The translations under genes were made by a program, and so were the position numbers. The notes under the pieces were generated by a model, which did not search any database, was not told the origin of the DNA, and saw nothing but the letters and a program-made list of their open reading frames with translations. This document shows, one piece after another, positions 1 to 7,893 of a stretch of DNA of 10,673 nucleotides (positions within the stretch are counted from its first letter, which is position 1; each line of letters starts with the position of its first letter). Source of the stretch: Calditrichaceae bacterium (lineage in GTDB: Bacteria > Calditrichota > Calditrichia > Calditrichales > JBFXGD01); NCBI GenBank assembly GCA_050178385.1, contig JBFXGD010000120.1, positions 1-10,673 on the forward strand, given 5' to 3'.

Positions 1-773
1 AACCATCGTATGCTTCCGTCCTTATGTATCATCCTGTGGGTTATTTCCACTGCTTCGGTTTCACCTTTTAAGTGAGCACCGACAGCATCATAAACCATCT
101 CTTTGTCATCCGGATGCACTAAGCTAAACCACCCGTCCATATGTTCCGATACATCCTCATCATCATAGCCCAACATACGCTTCATATGAGTATCAACATA
201 GAGATTTTTTGTTTCCGGATTAAAATCCCAGACACCGACTTTTGCCGCCGTGGTGGCCAGTTCATACCTTTGCTGGCTTTCGGCCAACTCATCCTGAGTT
301 TTTTTGATTTCTGTGATGTCTCTTACTATGGCGAGAATATAAATTTCATTTGAAAATTCGAACTTTTTAATGCTGACTTCCGCTGAAAACAAGGTCTGAT
401 CATATTTTTTATGCTGCCATTTAAAAAATTGCGGCATACCGTTGACAGCAGCTTTAATGATCCGCTTTATCAGTGTACGTGATTTTTCTCCATCAGGCTG
501 CAGAGCGGGTGAAAATGTTTCCGGAGAAGAATCAATGATCTGCTCCTTTGCACATTTAAATATCTCAAGCGCTCTCTGATTACAGTCAACATACAGTCCG
601 TCTTTCATTATAAAAATAGCATCCTGCGCGGTTTCAAAAAGAACATGAAATTTCTCATCATCACCGTTTTTTTTGATTCCGGCTCCACCGGTATTCTCTG
701 CGGATACCTGTTTTCGCAATTCCACAAGTTCTGCAATCAGTTCTTTTTTCGATTTCTTGAAATCATCCATCAT
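1..773 (-). CDS. PAS/PAC domain S-box sensor protein (5' part; runs off the left edge; output domain not visible)
   Basis: Missing from the ORF track; translated by hand from ATG at 773 (or 770) and open to the window edge: MMDDFKKSKKELIAELVELRKQV...KFHVLFETAQDAIFIMKDGLYVDCNQRALEIFKCAKEQII...FSPALQPDG...WQHKKYDQTLFSAEVSI...ILAIVRDITEIKK...RYELATTAAKVGVWDFN...LVHPDD...HRMIHKDGSIRW. It shows an N-terminal coiled coil, a first PAS ending in the RDIT motif and a second PAS_3-type domain (GVWD, VHPDD, HRMxxKDGxxRW). AGGA lies just upstream of the start. Confidence 0.93.
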   Translation of the reverse strand, partial: MMDDFKKSKKELIAELVELRKQVSAENTGGAGIKKNGDDEKFHVLFETAQDAIFIMKDGLYVDCNQRALEIFKCAKEQIIDSSPETFSPALQPDGEKSRTLIKRIIKAAVNGMPQFFKWQHKKYDQTLFSAEVSIKKFEFSNEIYILAIVRDITEIKKTQDELAESQQRYELATTAAKVGVWDFNPETKNLYVDTHMKRMLGYDDEDVSEHMDGWFSLVHPDDKEMVYDAVGAHLKGETEAVEITHRMIHKDGSIRW

Positions 774-955
774 AAATTCCTGAGATCTCCGAATAACATC
801 AGTACTCACTGATCGGGATAGGTAATCATTTATAAACTAAGCCTTGAAAAACATTATACAGAATGTATTCCACGCGACTGGAGACGCGGATACCACAGTA
901 TAATTAAAAATTTCGATATACTTCAAAAAATTATCGGCATTTATTTTCAGGAATT

Positions 956-985
956 AATATATTTTGCTTAAAATTTTTGAGTCAA
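956..985 (-). promoter_or_regulatory. Candidate sigma70-type promoter for the PAS gene
   Basis: Minus strand TTGACT (985-980), 18-nt spacer, TATATT (961-956). The region is AT-rich, so a chance match is possible. Confidence 0.45.
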
Positions 986-1037
986 CAAAAAGGCGGGCAA
1001 GATAATCAGCGAAAATTAGACAAAAACGGTTCAAACC

Positions 1038-3443
1038 CTATTCAAAACGTTTCCAGAAAAGGCGGATTGCCTGCTCATAATTTTCAGTGATTTCAATATC
1101 CCCGTGTCTTTCGAACCAATAATCAGGCAATATCGAGTTATACTGATCATCCGTGAATCTCTCACCAATCAAGACAATGATTCCTTTGTCCGTTGCGGAA
1201 CGGATCAACCGTCCGACAGACTGGATAACCTTGTTCATTCCGGGATAAATAAAGGCATATTCCATGCCCTGATTTTGCTTTTCTTCATAGTATTCTCTAA
1301 GCAACTCCCTCTCATAGCTTAGTTTTGGCAGCGCCGGGCTGACTATAATGACTCCAATGGCCATATCGCCACGATAATCGACACCTTCCGAAAAAACACC
1401 GCCCATAACACCCAGCAAAAGGCGGGGATTGGAATTGTCACTCAGAGACCGGAGGATTTCATCACGCCCCACATCATTTAATCCCGGTTTTTGAATTATT
1501 TTTTCTGATTTTACCTTTCCGAGAAAAAGATTCACATTTTGTAAAAAATCATATCCCGGAAAAAATACAAGATAATTTCCGGACTTGATTTTTATTGTAT
1601 TTTCAATGACCTCCGCGATTTTAGAATAATTATTCATCCTGTCCTTGTACCTTGTCGATATGCCCGGTACAATAACTACCTTCCTGTTATTCGCGGAAAA
1701 CGGTGAATTTAACTGCAAGCGATTGGTCCTTTCAGACCCGAGTCCCAGCACCTCCTGATAAAATTTCATTGGATCCAATGTTGCCGACATGGCGATGACG
1801 GAATGAAATCCATCCATCCGCCGGCCAAGATAACCCGATGGATCGCAGCAGCGGATTTTAAGAATGCCCCCTGCCGACGCGTCATAAAACGGAACAAAGG
1901 CTCTGTCCGTGAAATGAGCAATCTTTACAAATCTTCTGATTTTATAATAAAACTGTTCAATGGGATCATCCATTATCAGAATTTTATTTTTAATTTTATG
2001 TATCAGATATTTTAAAAAAACCGATTCAAAAAATGTGAAAACATTATCCCATTCGGGAATATTCAGCTCTGCTTTAAAATACTGCTGCCCCGAAAAATGA
2101 ATCTCTCCTTCGAGATTCAATTTTCCCATGATATCATCAATTTCCTTCAGCGCTTTTCTAAGATCCTGAAATATTTTCCCTTTTTTCTTACCATGCCATT
2201 TTATAAGATTGCCGATATCCTCACGCCTGACTTCCGGAGAAAGATAATCCATACCCCGTTCATACAGATTATGGGCTTCATCGATGATTAATATCCAGTC
2301 CGAATAATCTTTTCTCGCGAATAGCCGGCGAATAAAAACAGCCGGATCAAACACATAATTATAATCCCCGACAATCATATCGCAGTGTGAACTCAAATCC
2401 ATTGAGACCTCAAACGGGCATAAGGTCTTCTCAACTGCTGCCTGATAAATCATCTCCGGCGTGAGTGTGTTTTTATCCAGAAGATTTTGCAGAATATCTG
2501 TTTCATCCAGCCGGTCCCGATAATCTTTGGCAAATTTACAATGGGCTTCATGGCAAAAATATATATCATTCGCGCACATTTTTTCTGAGGCCCTTAAATA
2601 GAGTATTTTGAAATTCAATCCCTGTTCAATAAGTGGTTCAACGGTTTCTCTGACAATATTTTGCTGTGTCGTCTTCGACGTGACAAAGAATATCTTTTTA
2701 TTATGGGCGGTCGCGTACCGCATGGCCGGAAATATCGAAGCGGCGGTCTTCCCTGTTCCCGTCGGCGCTGACACCATGCTGTGCGCGCCTGTTTTAAGAT
2801 TTGCTTCAATCTGTTCAATCATCAGACGCTGCTGGGGACGATTTTCGGGCAAATCAAAACTGATCCTGTTTATTTCGTTCATTCTGATTGCCGTTTCAGC
2901 CTTTTCATGCTCAATTTCTTCGACAATTTCATCAAAACGATGAAACAGAAGCTTTTCCGCGTTCATACGCACAAATGGAATATCAAACTTTCGTCTGGCG
3001 TCATTGATCAGATTCATAAGAATTAAATGGGTGCTGACTTCGATACCTTCAAGTTCATCCTGAAGCATATAACCATAGATAATAACCTGTTCGATGAATT
3101 CCGGATAATGACTGATATCCAGACTTTTAAATTCAGCCTCGGTCAGGATAACAGATTTTATTTCTTCAACTTCCACCTTGTCTTTTAATTGATACACCCC
3201 ATCGATTCGCCCCTGCAGCTCGAAAGTAAAATCCCGGTAATTGTATTCGCGGCACAGAGAATATTCAGAGTGGAACAGACCGTATGTGTTGTTTTTTTGC
3301 AGCCGAACTTTATCATGCGCTTTACGGCCCAGCATGCCTCTCTGTGGTAAGGGAAACGATGATAACAACTGCGGTTGGCGTGAAGATCTGATTAAATCAC
3401 GCACGCCTAAAAAAATGTGGTTGTTTTCAATCCTGATGGCCAT
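1038..3443 (-). CDS. ATP-dependent DNA helicase, DinG/Rad3/XPD family (4Fe-4S), with an N-terminal PD-(D/E)XK (RecB/Cas4-like) nuclease domain
   Basis: 801 aa. Helicase motifs: Q motif RPQQ, Walker A APTGTGKT, Walker B IIDEAHNL, motif III SATL, FFPGY, SEGVDYRGD and motif VI QSVGRLIRS. Fe-S ligands C-x6-C-x4-C-x39-C(PF) at 2576-2418. N-terminal nuclease motifs: GxxxH, GRIDG, EEIKS, QxxxY. Confidence 0.93.
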   Translation of the reverse strand: MAIRIENNHIFLGVRDLIRSSRQPQLLSSFPLPQRGMLGRKAHDKVRLQKNNTYGLFHSEYSLCREYNYRDFTFELQGRIDGVYQLKDKVEVEEIKSVILTEAEFKSLDISHYPEFIEQVIIYGYMLQDELEGIEVSTHLILMNLINDARRKFDIPFVRMNAEKLLFHRFDEIVEEIEHEKAETAIRMNEINRISFDLPENRPQQRLMIEQIEANLKTGAHSMVSAPTGTGKTAASIFPAMRYATAHNKKIFFVTSKTTQQNIVRETVEPLIEQGLNFKILYLRASEKMCANDIYFCHEAHCKFAKDYRDRLDETDILQNLLDKNTLTPEMIYQAAVEKTLCPFEVSMDLSSHCDMIVGDYNYVFDPAVFIRRLFARKDYSDWILIIDEAHNLYERGMDYLSPEVRREDIGNLIKWHGKKKGKIFQDLRKALKEIDDIMGKLNLEGEIHFSGQQYFKAELNIPEWDNVFTFFESVFLKYLIHKIKNKILIMDDPIEQFYYKIRRFVKIAHFTDRAFVPFYDASAGGILKIRCCDPSGYLGRRMDGFHSVIAMSATLDPMKFYQEVLGLGSERTNRLQLNSPFSANNRKVVIVPGISTRYKDRMNNYSKIAEVIENTIKIKSGNYLVFFPGYDFLQNVNLFLGKVKSEKIIQKPGLNDVGRDEILRSLSDNSNPRLLLGVMGGVFSEGVDYRGDMAIGVIIVSPALPKLSYERELLREYYEEKQNQGMEYAFIYPGMNKVIQSVGRLIRSATDKGIIVLIGERFTDDQYNSILPDYWFERHGDIEITENYEQAIRLFWKRFE

Positions 3444-3522
3444 TTTGACCTGTGAGGCTTATAATTTTGAGGATAAATACACCAATTGTTCTTTGAATTA
3501 TTAATACCGGCAAGGGTGACAA

Positions 3523-4092
3523 TCAACTCATCAGATAAATCATTTCATTGAGAGCCCTGGCTATTTCCTTATAAAAATTCAGATTACTGCCTTTGTAAAC
3601 CTGTTCACTGAATGGCGGTATCCCGGCCGCGATAAACTGATTAAAAAAATCAACAACCATCTCATCCGGCTCTTCACCAATGATAGACGAAAAATAATCG
3701 AGAACATTCATCACCGTATCCGGATATTCTTCAAGATCTATCGGTACGATACTGTCCGTAAGAAAATTCATAAGCGCATCATATTTTGAACTGCTTATGA
3801 AATCCGTCAGCTGAATGGAAATTAATGGTTTTTCTGTTTCATTATGTGAAAACAGGCGTGAATACTCTGTCTGCAGGGCGCTCATTTCTTCACCCTGGTA
3901 AGAATTAATCACATCGAGCACTTTTGCCGCGATCAGATTATCTAAATCAGAATCCACCATTTTCTCCATTTCCCTGAACAGATACTGAAACTCATGAGTC
4001 AGTTCATCATAAGGAAATGATAATGCCTTTGAATAGAAGCGAAAGGACAGGCTGAGTACATCTTTATTAAATTCGGTATCCATGACAACCAT
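3523..4092 (-). CDS. TorD/DmsD/NarJ-like redox-enzyme maturation chaperone (divergent)
   Basis: 189 aa, acidic and apparently all-helical. It has FYSKALSFP near the N-terminus, LQTEYSRLF (family L..EY.RLF motif), EEYPDT (cf. E.PDH) and a C-terminal FFNQFI...PF...FYKEIARAL (cf. FL..HL..W...F...FY..LA). The start could be 4083 (MDTEF). Confidence 0.72.
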   Translation of the reverse strand: MVVMDTEFNKDVLSLSFRFYSKALSFPYDELTHEFQYLFREMEKMVDSDLDNLIAAKVLDVINSYQGEEMSALQTEYSRLFSHNETEKPLISIQLTDFISSSKYDALMNFLTDSIVPIDLEEYPDTVMNVLDYFSSIIGEEPDEMVVDFFNQFIAAGIPPFSEQVYKGSNLNFYKEIARALNEMIYLMS

Positions 4093-4125
4093 CTTTCTTT
4101 TACATAACTAACAGGAATTATGCTC

Positions 4126-4163
4126 AATTTAGCAAAGCCCGCCCTTAATTTCAATTAATTGAA
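4126..4163 (-). promoter_or_regulatory. Candidate extended -10 promoter with an overlapping palindromic operator, upstream of the TorD-like gene
   Basis: Minus strand TTGAAA (4154-4149), 17-nt spacer ending TGC, TAAATT (4131-4126). A perfect 14-bp palindrome TTCAATTAATTGAA at 4150-4163 overlaps the -35. Confidence 0.5.
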
Positions 4164-4176
4164 TCTCAAAAAAGGA

Positions 4177-6231
4177 TCACTCAAACGCCTGATTACGCCA
4201 CATTTTATTCATATCATAGGGCGCTGGATCTCCCCCCAGATATTTATGAAACCAGTCCAAATGCGCGTTATAATAAAACGGCATCGATTTTACATGACTC
4301 GGCCAATGTCCGTCGTTTTTAAATACGATCAACCGGGATTCTACACCCATCTTCTGCAGCGCTGTAAAAAATTCCAGGCTCTGTGTGTAAGGAACCCGGT
4401 AATCCCGCTCTCCTGTGATGACAAGACAGGGGGTTTTAAAATTTTTGACAAAATTATTCGGTGACCAGCGGCCATAGCTTTCCGATTCCCACGGCGTCCC
4501 ACCCAAATCCCACTCAGGGAACCAGAGTTCCTCGGTCGCTCCGTAAAAAGCGGGCAGATTATACAATCCCATCATTGAAGCCAAAGCCTTAAACCGTGTC
4601 GTGTGTCCTTCAAGCCACATCATCATATAACCGCCGTATGACCAGCCCATGGCGCCCATACGATTTGCATCCACAAAATGCAGATTCGCCAGGGAATCAG
4701 TCACAGCCATAATATCCTGATATACTTTCCCGCCCCAGTCTTTGGATATGGCAGTCGTGAATTCCTGTCCGTATCCGCTTGATCCATGGGGATTCGGGAA
4801 TGCTACGATATAACCCGAGCCGGGATACATTTGCCAGTCCCCGCGGAAACCATCATACCACTGATATTGCGGGCCACCGTGTACATTCAGGATCAGGGGA
4901 TATTTTTTTGCCGGATCAAAATTATGCGGTTTGATTATAAATGTATGAATTTTCTTCCCCGTCGGGCTCCCGATCCACATCTCTTCCCCGGGACGGAGAT
5001 CGACAGTCTCTTCAATTTCCTGATTGAAAAACGAAAGCCGCTCCGATTTACCATTCACCAAGACCTTATATAATTCTGCCGGTTCCGCTATACTTCTTCG
5101 GATGGCGGCCAGCCATTTATTGTTCTTCGAAACGGCGATCGCGTCAATGGTTTTTAAATCGATTATTTTTTTGATTTTCCCCGATTTCAGCTCCACATTA
5201 TACAACGGGAAATGGCCTTTTTCATGAATTGTGAAATAGACGCTTTTTGAATCAGGAGCCCAATCAAAGGTACCAATCCAGTTGTCGGTTGATTCTGAAA
5301 GAACGCGAATCGTTTGTTTTTGCCTGTCATACACCGCGAGACGCCGTAAATCGGATTCAAATACCGGCACTTTCTGCATCATATAGGCTATGTAACTGCC
5401 ATCAGGAGAATATACAGGCTGGCCGTCATAGGCTTTGTTTGCCGCGGTAATATTCTTTGTTCCACCGGTTTCAGCATCGATAATCCACAAATCTTTGTTT
5501 GTGGTTTCAGCTTCATTGGATTCCCGGTTCGATTCCACACAAATCTCTTTTCCGTCCGGAGAAACACTAAAGCCTCCGCCAAAAGCCGGTGAATCAAAAT
5601 CACCCGGGGTTAAATCTATCAATTCAGAAGAGCTCAAATCAAAAGCAAACAAATGGGTTCGCTTTCCGTCTTTATAGGTTGTCCAGTGCCGATAGAGAAG
5701 ATGATCCGCCATGTGCGCCTGCAGCGGACCGTTGGTCAGCGTCGAATCGCTGACTTTATTGCACTCATCATCGGCGCCGCATTCAGGGTAAACATCCGCG
5801 GAAAAAATAATTCTATCCGGACTTAGCCATTCAGGGTTGCTTACACCAATCGCCAGATCAGTCAGTTTTTTTGATTCCCCGTTTTCCACATTCAGAATCC
5901 AGGCTTGCGAGCCATTTTCACGGGTTGAGACAAACAATAGATTCCTGCTATTGGATGACCAGCGCGGATGATTATCCGATGCCGGGTCATCAGTGAGCTG
6001 TCTTAGATTTTTACCGTCACTTTCCATAATATATATTTCTGAATTACTCGTACCGTCCTTCAGATTATTCTTGCTGGTAACAAAAGCAATTCGTTTTCCG
6101 TCGGGCGAAATTTGCGGATCGCCTACACCGGTTATCTTATAAAGATCGTCCAGTTTAAAGGCCGCTTTCTGTGCGGATATACCGGCGATCATCAGAAATA
6201 CCAGAAAAATCAATAAGCTGAATCTACTCAT
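4177..6231 (-). CDS. Secreted S9 family serine peptidase (prolyl oligopeptidase clan; acylaminoacyl-/dipeptidyl-peptidase V-like)
   Basis: 684 aa. Signal peptide MSRFSLLIFLVFLMIAGISA|Q, PD40/TolB-like propeller repeats (SPDGK, WSS, SPDGS, WAPDS) and VHGGP. Catalytic triad motifs: GWSYGG (Ser), GERDYRVP (Asp), NDGHW (His). SD AAGGGAG upstream. Confidence 0.95.
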   Translation of the reverse strand: MSRFSLLIFLVFLMIAGISAQKAAFKLDDLYKITGVGDPQISPDGKRIAFVTSKNNLKDGTSNSEIYIMESDGKNLRQLTDDPASDNHPRWSSNSRNLLFVSTRENGSQAWILNVENGESKKLTDLAIGVSNPEWLSPDRIIFSADVYPECGADDECNKVSDSTLTNGPLQAHMADHLLYRHWTTYKDGKRTHLFAFDLSSSELIDLTPGDFDSPAFGGGFSVSPDGKEICVESNRESNEAETTNKDLWIIDAETGGTKNITAANKAYDGQPVYSPDGSYIAYMMQKVPVFESDLRRLAVYDRQKQTIRVLSESTDNWIGTFDWAPDSKSVYFTIHEKGHFPLYNVELKSGKIKKIIDLKTIDAIAVSKNNKWLAAIRRSIAEPAELYKVLVNGKSERLSFFNQEIEETVDLRPGEEMWIGSPTGKKIHTFIIKPHNFDPAKKYPLILNVHGGPQYQWYDGFRGDWQMYPGSGYIVAFPNPHGSSGYGQEFTTAISKDWGGKVYQDIMAVTDSLANLHFVDANRMGAMGWSYGGYMMMWLEGHTTRFKALASMMGLYNLPAFYGATEELWFPEWDLGGTPWESESYGRWSPNNFVKNFKTPCLVITGERDYRVPYTQSLEFFTALQKMGVESRLIVFKNDGHWPSHVKSMPFYYNAHLDWFHKYLGGDPAPYDMNKMWRNQAFE

Positions 6232-6278
6232 TATGTTTTCTCCCTTTTAATTCGATTTCTAAAAATAAAACATTTCCT

Positions 6279-6307
6279 TTGAAATATAAAATTTTTATCC
6301 TTTTAAT
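6279..6307 (+). promoter_or_regulatory. Candidate sigma70-type promoter for yggS-mmcQ in the divergent intergenic region
   Basis: TTGAAA (6279-6284), 17 nt, TTTAAT (6302-6307). An alternative TTGATT-17-TAAGTT lies at 6364-6392. The region is AT-rich and the call is ambiguous. Confidence 0.3.
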
Positions 6308-6440
6308 GATTATTTTGACTCCGAATTATTTTTCAGTGGACTGTCCAAATAAAGACTCAGCCCTTGATTGATGTTTAAAAGAAATATAAGTTATTCGATA
6401 TCGCGACAACTGGTAACCAAAAAATCGCCAAAGGACTAAA

Positions 6441-7166
6441 ATGGATATCATCGGCAACCTGAAAATCATCCACCGGAGGATTGAAACCGCCTGCGCCCGG
6501 TGCGGCCGCAACCCATCCGATGTAAAACTCCTTCTCGCCACAAAAACCGTATCTCCCGAAAACATTAAAATCGCCCTGAACAAAGGTGAGAAGATTATCG
6601 GTGAAAATAAAATTCAGGAAGCTTTAAAAAAAATCGAAGTGCTGAAAGATGAATCGGTAGAACGGCATTTTATCGGACATCTTCAAAAAAACAAAATTAA
6701 AGATGCCCTGAAATTCGCGGACATGATTCAGTCCGTTGACCGCCTGGATCTGGTTGAAAAACTTGATCAGCGTCTCCAATTTGAAGGCAAGAGTATGGAT
6801 GTCCTCATTCAGGTAAATACTTCGGGCGAGGACAGCAAATTTGGTATTGAACCGGAAAATGCCATGGAACTTGTGAGACAAGCATCAGGGTATGATTCGA
6901 TTCACATAAAGGGATTGATGACCATCGGGATATTTTCCGGTGATGAAGCGGAAGTTCGCCGTTGTTTTAAGATTCTCAGGCAATTACAGACCCGTATCAG
7001 AGAAGAAAAGATACCAAATGTGGAAATGGATATCTTGTCCATGGGTATGTCGGGTGACCTTGAGATTGCCATCGAAGAAGGATCAACCATGTTGCGGGTG
7101 GGCACTGCTATTTTTGGTGACCGTGTATATCCCGACACTTACTATTGGAATGAAGACGTGAAATAA
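6441..7166 (+). CDS. yggS: YggS/PLPBP family pyridoxal phosphate homeostasis protein
   Basis: 241 aa. LLLATKTV (PLP lysine), GENKIQE, HFIGHLQKNK, IQSVD, QVNTSGEDSKFG, GLMTIG, LSMGMSGD, EEGSTMLRVGTAIFG. SD AAGGA upstream. Confidence 0.97.
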   Translation: MDIIGNLKIIHRRIETACARCGRNPSDVKLLLATKTVSPENIKIALNKGEKIIGENKIQEALKKIEVLKDESVERHFIGHLQKNKIKDALKFADMIQSVDRLDLVEKLDQRLQFEGKSMDVLIQVNTSGEDSKFGIEPENAMELVRQASGYDSIHIKGLMTIGIFSGDEAEVRRCFKILRQLQTRIREEKIPNVEMDILSMGMSGDLEIAIEEGSTMLRVGTAIFGDRVYPDTYYWNEDVK

Positions 7167-7242
7167 CCGTCCTGATAATCCAGGGTTTTCCGGGAAATTC
7201 CGGCCGGGAAAAAGTAATTTTAACCAGGATATTAAAAGGAAA

Positions 7243-7602
7243 ATGAGTATGTCACTGCAAAAGGTAATTGACTATTGTTCTCAAAAAAAAGGCGCGACAC
7301 GCGAATTTCCATTTGATGACACGACTCTTGTTTTTAAAGTAATGAATAAAATGTTCTGCCTGATCAGCCTCACAGAACCGCATAGCATTAATCTGAAATG
7401 TGATCCAGTTTATGCGACCGCCCTCCGGCAAAAATATCCGTTGGTCACCCCCGGATATCACATGAATAAAAAACACTGGAACACCGTGCTACTCGACCAA
7501 AGCATCGGGCATCCGCAGATCTTTGAGTGGATAGACGATTCATACGAACTGATTGTCACCAGCCTTAAAAAATCAGACCGGGATCATCTTGCCTCTCTTT
7601 AA
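7243..7602 (+). CDS. MmcQ/YjbR family DNA-binding protein
   Basis: 119 aa. FPFDDTTLVFKVMNKMF, INLKCDP, LRQKYP.VTPGYHMNKKHWNTV and WIDDSYELIV are family signatures. SD AAGGA at 7236-7240 favours the second ATG (7249) as the true start. Confidence 0.95.
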   Translation: MSMSLQKVIDYCSQKKGATREFPFDDTTLVFKVMNKMFCLISLTEPHSINLKCDPVYATALRQKYPLVTPGYHMNKKHWNTVLLDQSIGHPQIFEWIDDSYELIVTSLKKSDRDHLASL

Positions 7603-7627
7603 CCTACGGCAGGTCGTTGGACTTGAT

Positions 7628-7852
7628 TTACGGTAGTTTCCAGGAATTAAGACGCTCCCCTTTTTGTTCCACAGGAATTATTGTTTAATACACTTCTTTT
7701 TCACTGGACTGTTTTTTTAATTTAACCGTGACTTCATTAATGTTATCGTTTAATTTTACTTTTTCATTTTTCATCCAGTAAAATTAATCTTCAGCAGATA
7801 GGAATCTGGGATATAGAGCCATAAAGGACAAAATCAAAATAAGTATTCTCAT
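7628..7852 (-). pseudogene. Decayed 5' remnant of a secreted protein gene
   Basis: AAAAGGAGG RBS (AGGAGG at 7867-7862), 9 nt before ATG 7852. It reads MRILILILSFMALYPRFLSA-ED*FYWMKNEKVKLNDNINEVTVKLKKQSSEKEVY*TIIPVEQKGERLNSWKLP*, with in-frame TAA at 7786-7784, 7687-7685 and 7630-7628. The first 20 aa look like a Sec signal peptide. Confidence 0.6.
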
Positions 7853-7893
7853 TTTATGCTTCCTCCTTTTCAAATTTTAATAAAAGAATGTAG

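Noticed and set aside
1038..3443. Type IV CRISPR-associated DinG or a Cas4 adaptation module
   Set aside because: No repeat-spacer array or other cas genes lie in the window, the nuclease domain lacks the Cas4 cysteine cluster, and the neighbours are housekeeping genes.
7186..7213. Hairpin between yggS and mmcQ as an intrinsic terminator
   Set aside because: The stem is imperfect (TTTTCCGGG/CCGGGAAAA) and is followed by A's rather than a U tract on the coding strand. The genes are 76 bp apart and plausibly co-transcribed.
141..7476. Short alternative ORFs in the track (e.g. 141-353, 1104-1322, 2608-2943, 3241-3504, 4159-4464, 4786-5073, 5435-5677, 6326-6583, 6624-6881, 6940-7161, 7252-7476)
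   Set aside because: All are antisense or out-of-frame shadows of well-supported genes and have no recognisable motifs.
7602..7614. ACCTACGGCAGGT, which resembles the 16S 341F primer site or a REP-like mini hairpin
   Set aside because: It is a short single-copy match with no rRNA context and only a 4-bp stem.
7597..7622. CTTTAAC...GTTGGAC resembling integron attC core sites at the islet's left edge
   Set aside because: The boxes are only 12 nt apart, far shorter than any attC. They are imperfectly complementary, and there are no L boxes or integrase.
6331..7712. Near-repeat TTTCA(G/C)TGGACTGT at ~6331 and ~7699
   Set aside because: It is a 14-bp match with one mismatch, does not bracket a coherent element, and is compatible with chance.
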